Shown here piece after piece: positions 62,131 to 64,000 of a stretch of DNA of 64,000 nucleotides (the stretch's first letter is position 1; each line of letters opens with the position of its first letter). The DNA comes from Azolla caroliniana. Its lineage: Eukaryota > Plantae > Polypodiophyta. The DNA lies in assembly GCA_043228905.1 (NCBI GenBank), contig JBHGNT010000001.1, forward strand, positions 18,352,001 through 18,416,000. The letters are read 5' to 3'. The notes below the pieces were generated by a model, which had not been told where the DNA came from, did not search any database, and worked only from the letters and a program-made list of their open reading frames with translations. Position numbers and translations under genes: made by a program.

Positions 62131-64000
62131 AGGGGGAGTTTGTTGGGATTACGGTCCCTCCGGATGGGATGTCCGGAGACGAATAACGGCAAGCCCGGTT
62201 GCGGTTACGGATCCGGATGGAATGAAGAGTACCCGGCATGAAGCCGGATGAAGTGTACCCGGATGCGGATCCGGATGATGAAGAGTACCCGGCATGAAGC
62301 CGGATGAAGAGTACCCGGATACGGATCCGGATGATGAAGACCCCGGCTACGGAGCCGGATGACGAATGTACCCGGAGAGAGATCCGGATGCAGGGACATA
62401 TTTGTGAATATGTTTGCTAAGAGCCCTTGAGGCTATATTTGTAAATATCCCGAAAGTCATATATGTATAAATATGACTTAGGGCAAACAGTTTTAGGTTG
62501 TTGCTTATTTTTCATGAGTAGTGAGAGCAGCCGAAGAGAGAGAGAGAGAGACGAAGAGGTCGTTGCCTCTGTGTATTACCGCCGCCTGTGGCGAAGACAG
62601 TGAGCTCAAGGTTGTTGCCTTGTAGCTTCACCATTGTACATCCCTGTTCATAGTGATAGTTGGAGGTTGAGGACTCCCGTGGTTTTTCCCATTTAGGGTT
62701 TTCCACGTAAAACATCCAGTGTACCTTTCTCTCTATTGTTTTGTGCATTTTGTATTTCCTGTTTTCTGTGAGTTAATCCCATTCCTCGGTTGTGGCCGAG
62801 CACTGTTTCCAACATGGCGAGGATCGTGAGCACGAGGTCGTTGCCTCCGTGAACTCACTGTTGTACATTCTAGCATAGTGATAGTTTGCAGGCTGTGGGC
62901 TGCCGTGGTTTTTCCCTTGGTTTGGGTTTTCCACGTGAACATCCTGTGTACCCTCCTCTTCTCTGTGTCGTGTTTTATTTCCCGTTTTCTGTGTATGATT
63001 CTAAGCTCGGTTGTGGCCGAGCGTTGTGCATAAGGAGCGTTTGAGTTCCCGATAGAACGAAGGCGTATTATCCCTCGTACAGACCGTCGTTCGAAAGGCT
63101 TCGAACCTGGACGCTAGCCCACCAAGGCAAACCTGCACCATTTCATCTTCCTCAACGTTCACGTTGACAAAGGCGAGAGAGAATCGCAAATTTTCTTGAT
63201 TCAGGCTATGTAATCAGCCACAAACAGATCTTTCTGCAGGACATTGCTGAGCTCCTGCCTGAGCTGCAGCCTCTTGGCCATTGTGCTTGCGGTGAAAATC
63301 TGTTTGAGATTTGGCCACGCGTCCTTTGGCGTTTTAAGCATCCCAAATATAGCTCAATAGTTGGTCACTCACACAAGATGCAAAGCAGTAGAGAACTTTG
63401 CTTGCCGGTTGTTACCAAGCCCAAAAATCTCTGTCTCTCAAATCGGGTGCTACATCATTAGCTCCTTAGACATAACTCCAGTAGCCGTGACCGAGCAGGT
63501 ATTGGTGCATCTTGTACGACCAAGATGCGTAGTTGCTCCTGTCGAGCTTTTCAGTTGGTAGCGAGCTTCCCATACCTCTGTCCATATTACTGTCTTTTTC
63601 TTTTTTGAAAAAAAAATGAAGAACAACTTCAACTTTGTTTTGTCGCAAGCTTTTATTGTCGGTTGCAGAGGACTTCAACCCTCGCACTCTGATACCATGT
63701 AAAAGAATACGTGTGTGGAAGCGTGTGCGTAAACACAGAGTACATAGTTCGAAAATATGATAGTTCGGTAAACATAGAAAACACAGAGATGGAGATGGAG
63801 ATGGAGAGACAGAGAGAGAGTAGACAACTCAGATCTATTTCAAAATAATGATGCTTTGTACATTCTTCGTGCTCGGTGAGCACCTTTTATACAAGCCCTG
63901 ACTATCGGCCTGACACAAGTACTGACAGTACTTGACTGCTCATAAATGAGCCTACTACACTAACTCCCAAAATTATTCCTTATGAGGAATACCATACTAA

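Larger units (their letters stand above)
57350..62814 (+). mobile_element. Element G: very recent full-length copia element inserted in F's 3' LTR
   Basis: LTRs 57350-58023 and 62141-62814 (674 bp each, no differences seen), TSD TGGCG (57345-57349, 62815-62819), PBS 58026-58037, PPT 62130-62138. Confidence 0.97.
51576..63054 (+). mobile_element. Element F: full-length copia element (A subfamily) in H gag; carries a MITE and element G
   Basis: TSD GAACG (51571-51575, 63055-63059); 5' LTR 51576-52164; PBS 52167-52178; 3' LTR 56889-57349 + 62820-63054. Confidence 0.95.
42251..64000 (-). mobile_element. Element H: copia element (B-related) hosting I and F; 3' LTR 42251-42645, 5' LTR 63698->64000
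   Basis: LTR copies match; minus-strand PBS TGGTATCAGAGT 63686-63697; gag 63590-63060 resumes at 51570; PR/INT/RT to 48646; RT/RH 43957-43165; PPT 42646-42656. Confidence 0.92.

Noticed and set aside
60303-62192. Antisense ORFs over pol in G (and in A/F)
   Set aside because: Shadow ORFs expected opposite GC-rich coding sequence; no independent motifs.

Overview
A 64-kb, gene-free stack of nested LTR retrotransposons from a plant genome. The element types suggest a non-seed plant such as a bryophyte, lycophyte or fern; this is inference. I could delimit most insertions by TG..CA ends and target-site duplications (TSDs). Contents (letters are my own labels): three Tnt1/Tork-like copia elements (A 2143-7692, F 51576-63054, and the very young G 57350-62814 with apparently identical LTRs); two copia elements of a second family with a long pol tail (B 9526-13268, H 42251->64000); a gypsy family primed by tRNA-Trp (C 24833-31869 nested in D, plus relic J); a chromovirus remnant (E); solo LTRs; a hAT-type MITE; and a poly(A) retroposed fragment. 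The most striking observation is in two diverged copies of a non-chromovirus gypsy family (X 1-16392 +, I 43958-48645 -). Both carry a large extra ORF after pol. Where the polypurine tract (PPT) should sit, both instead have a tRNA-Arg 3'-end sequence, i.e. a primer-binding site (PBS) pointing against the coding direction, inside a covarying hairpin. This suggests tRNA-primed plus-strand synthesis or an antisense genomic RNA. Other notable points are a gag capsid swap in G, strong CCGG enrichment, a -1 frameshift/pseudoknot between protease and RT, and duplicated PPTs. All calls were made by eye, with no database searches.
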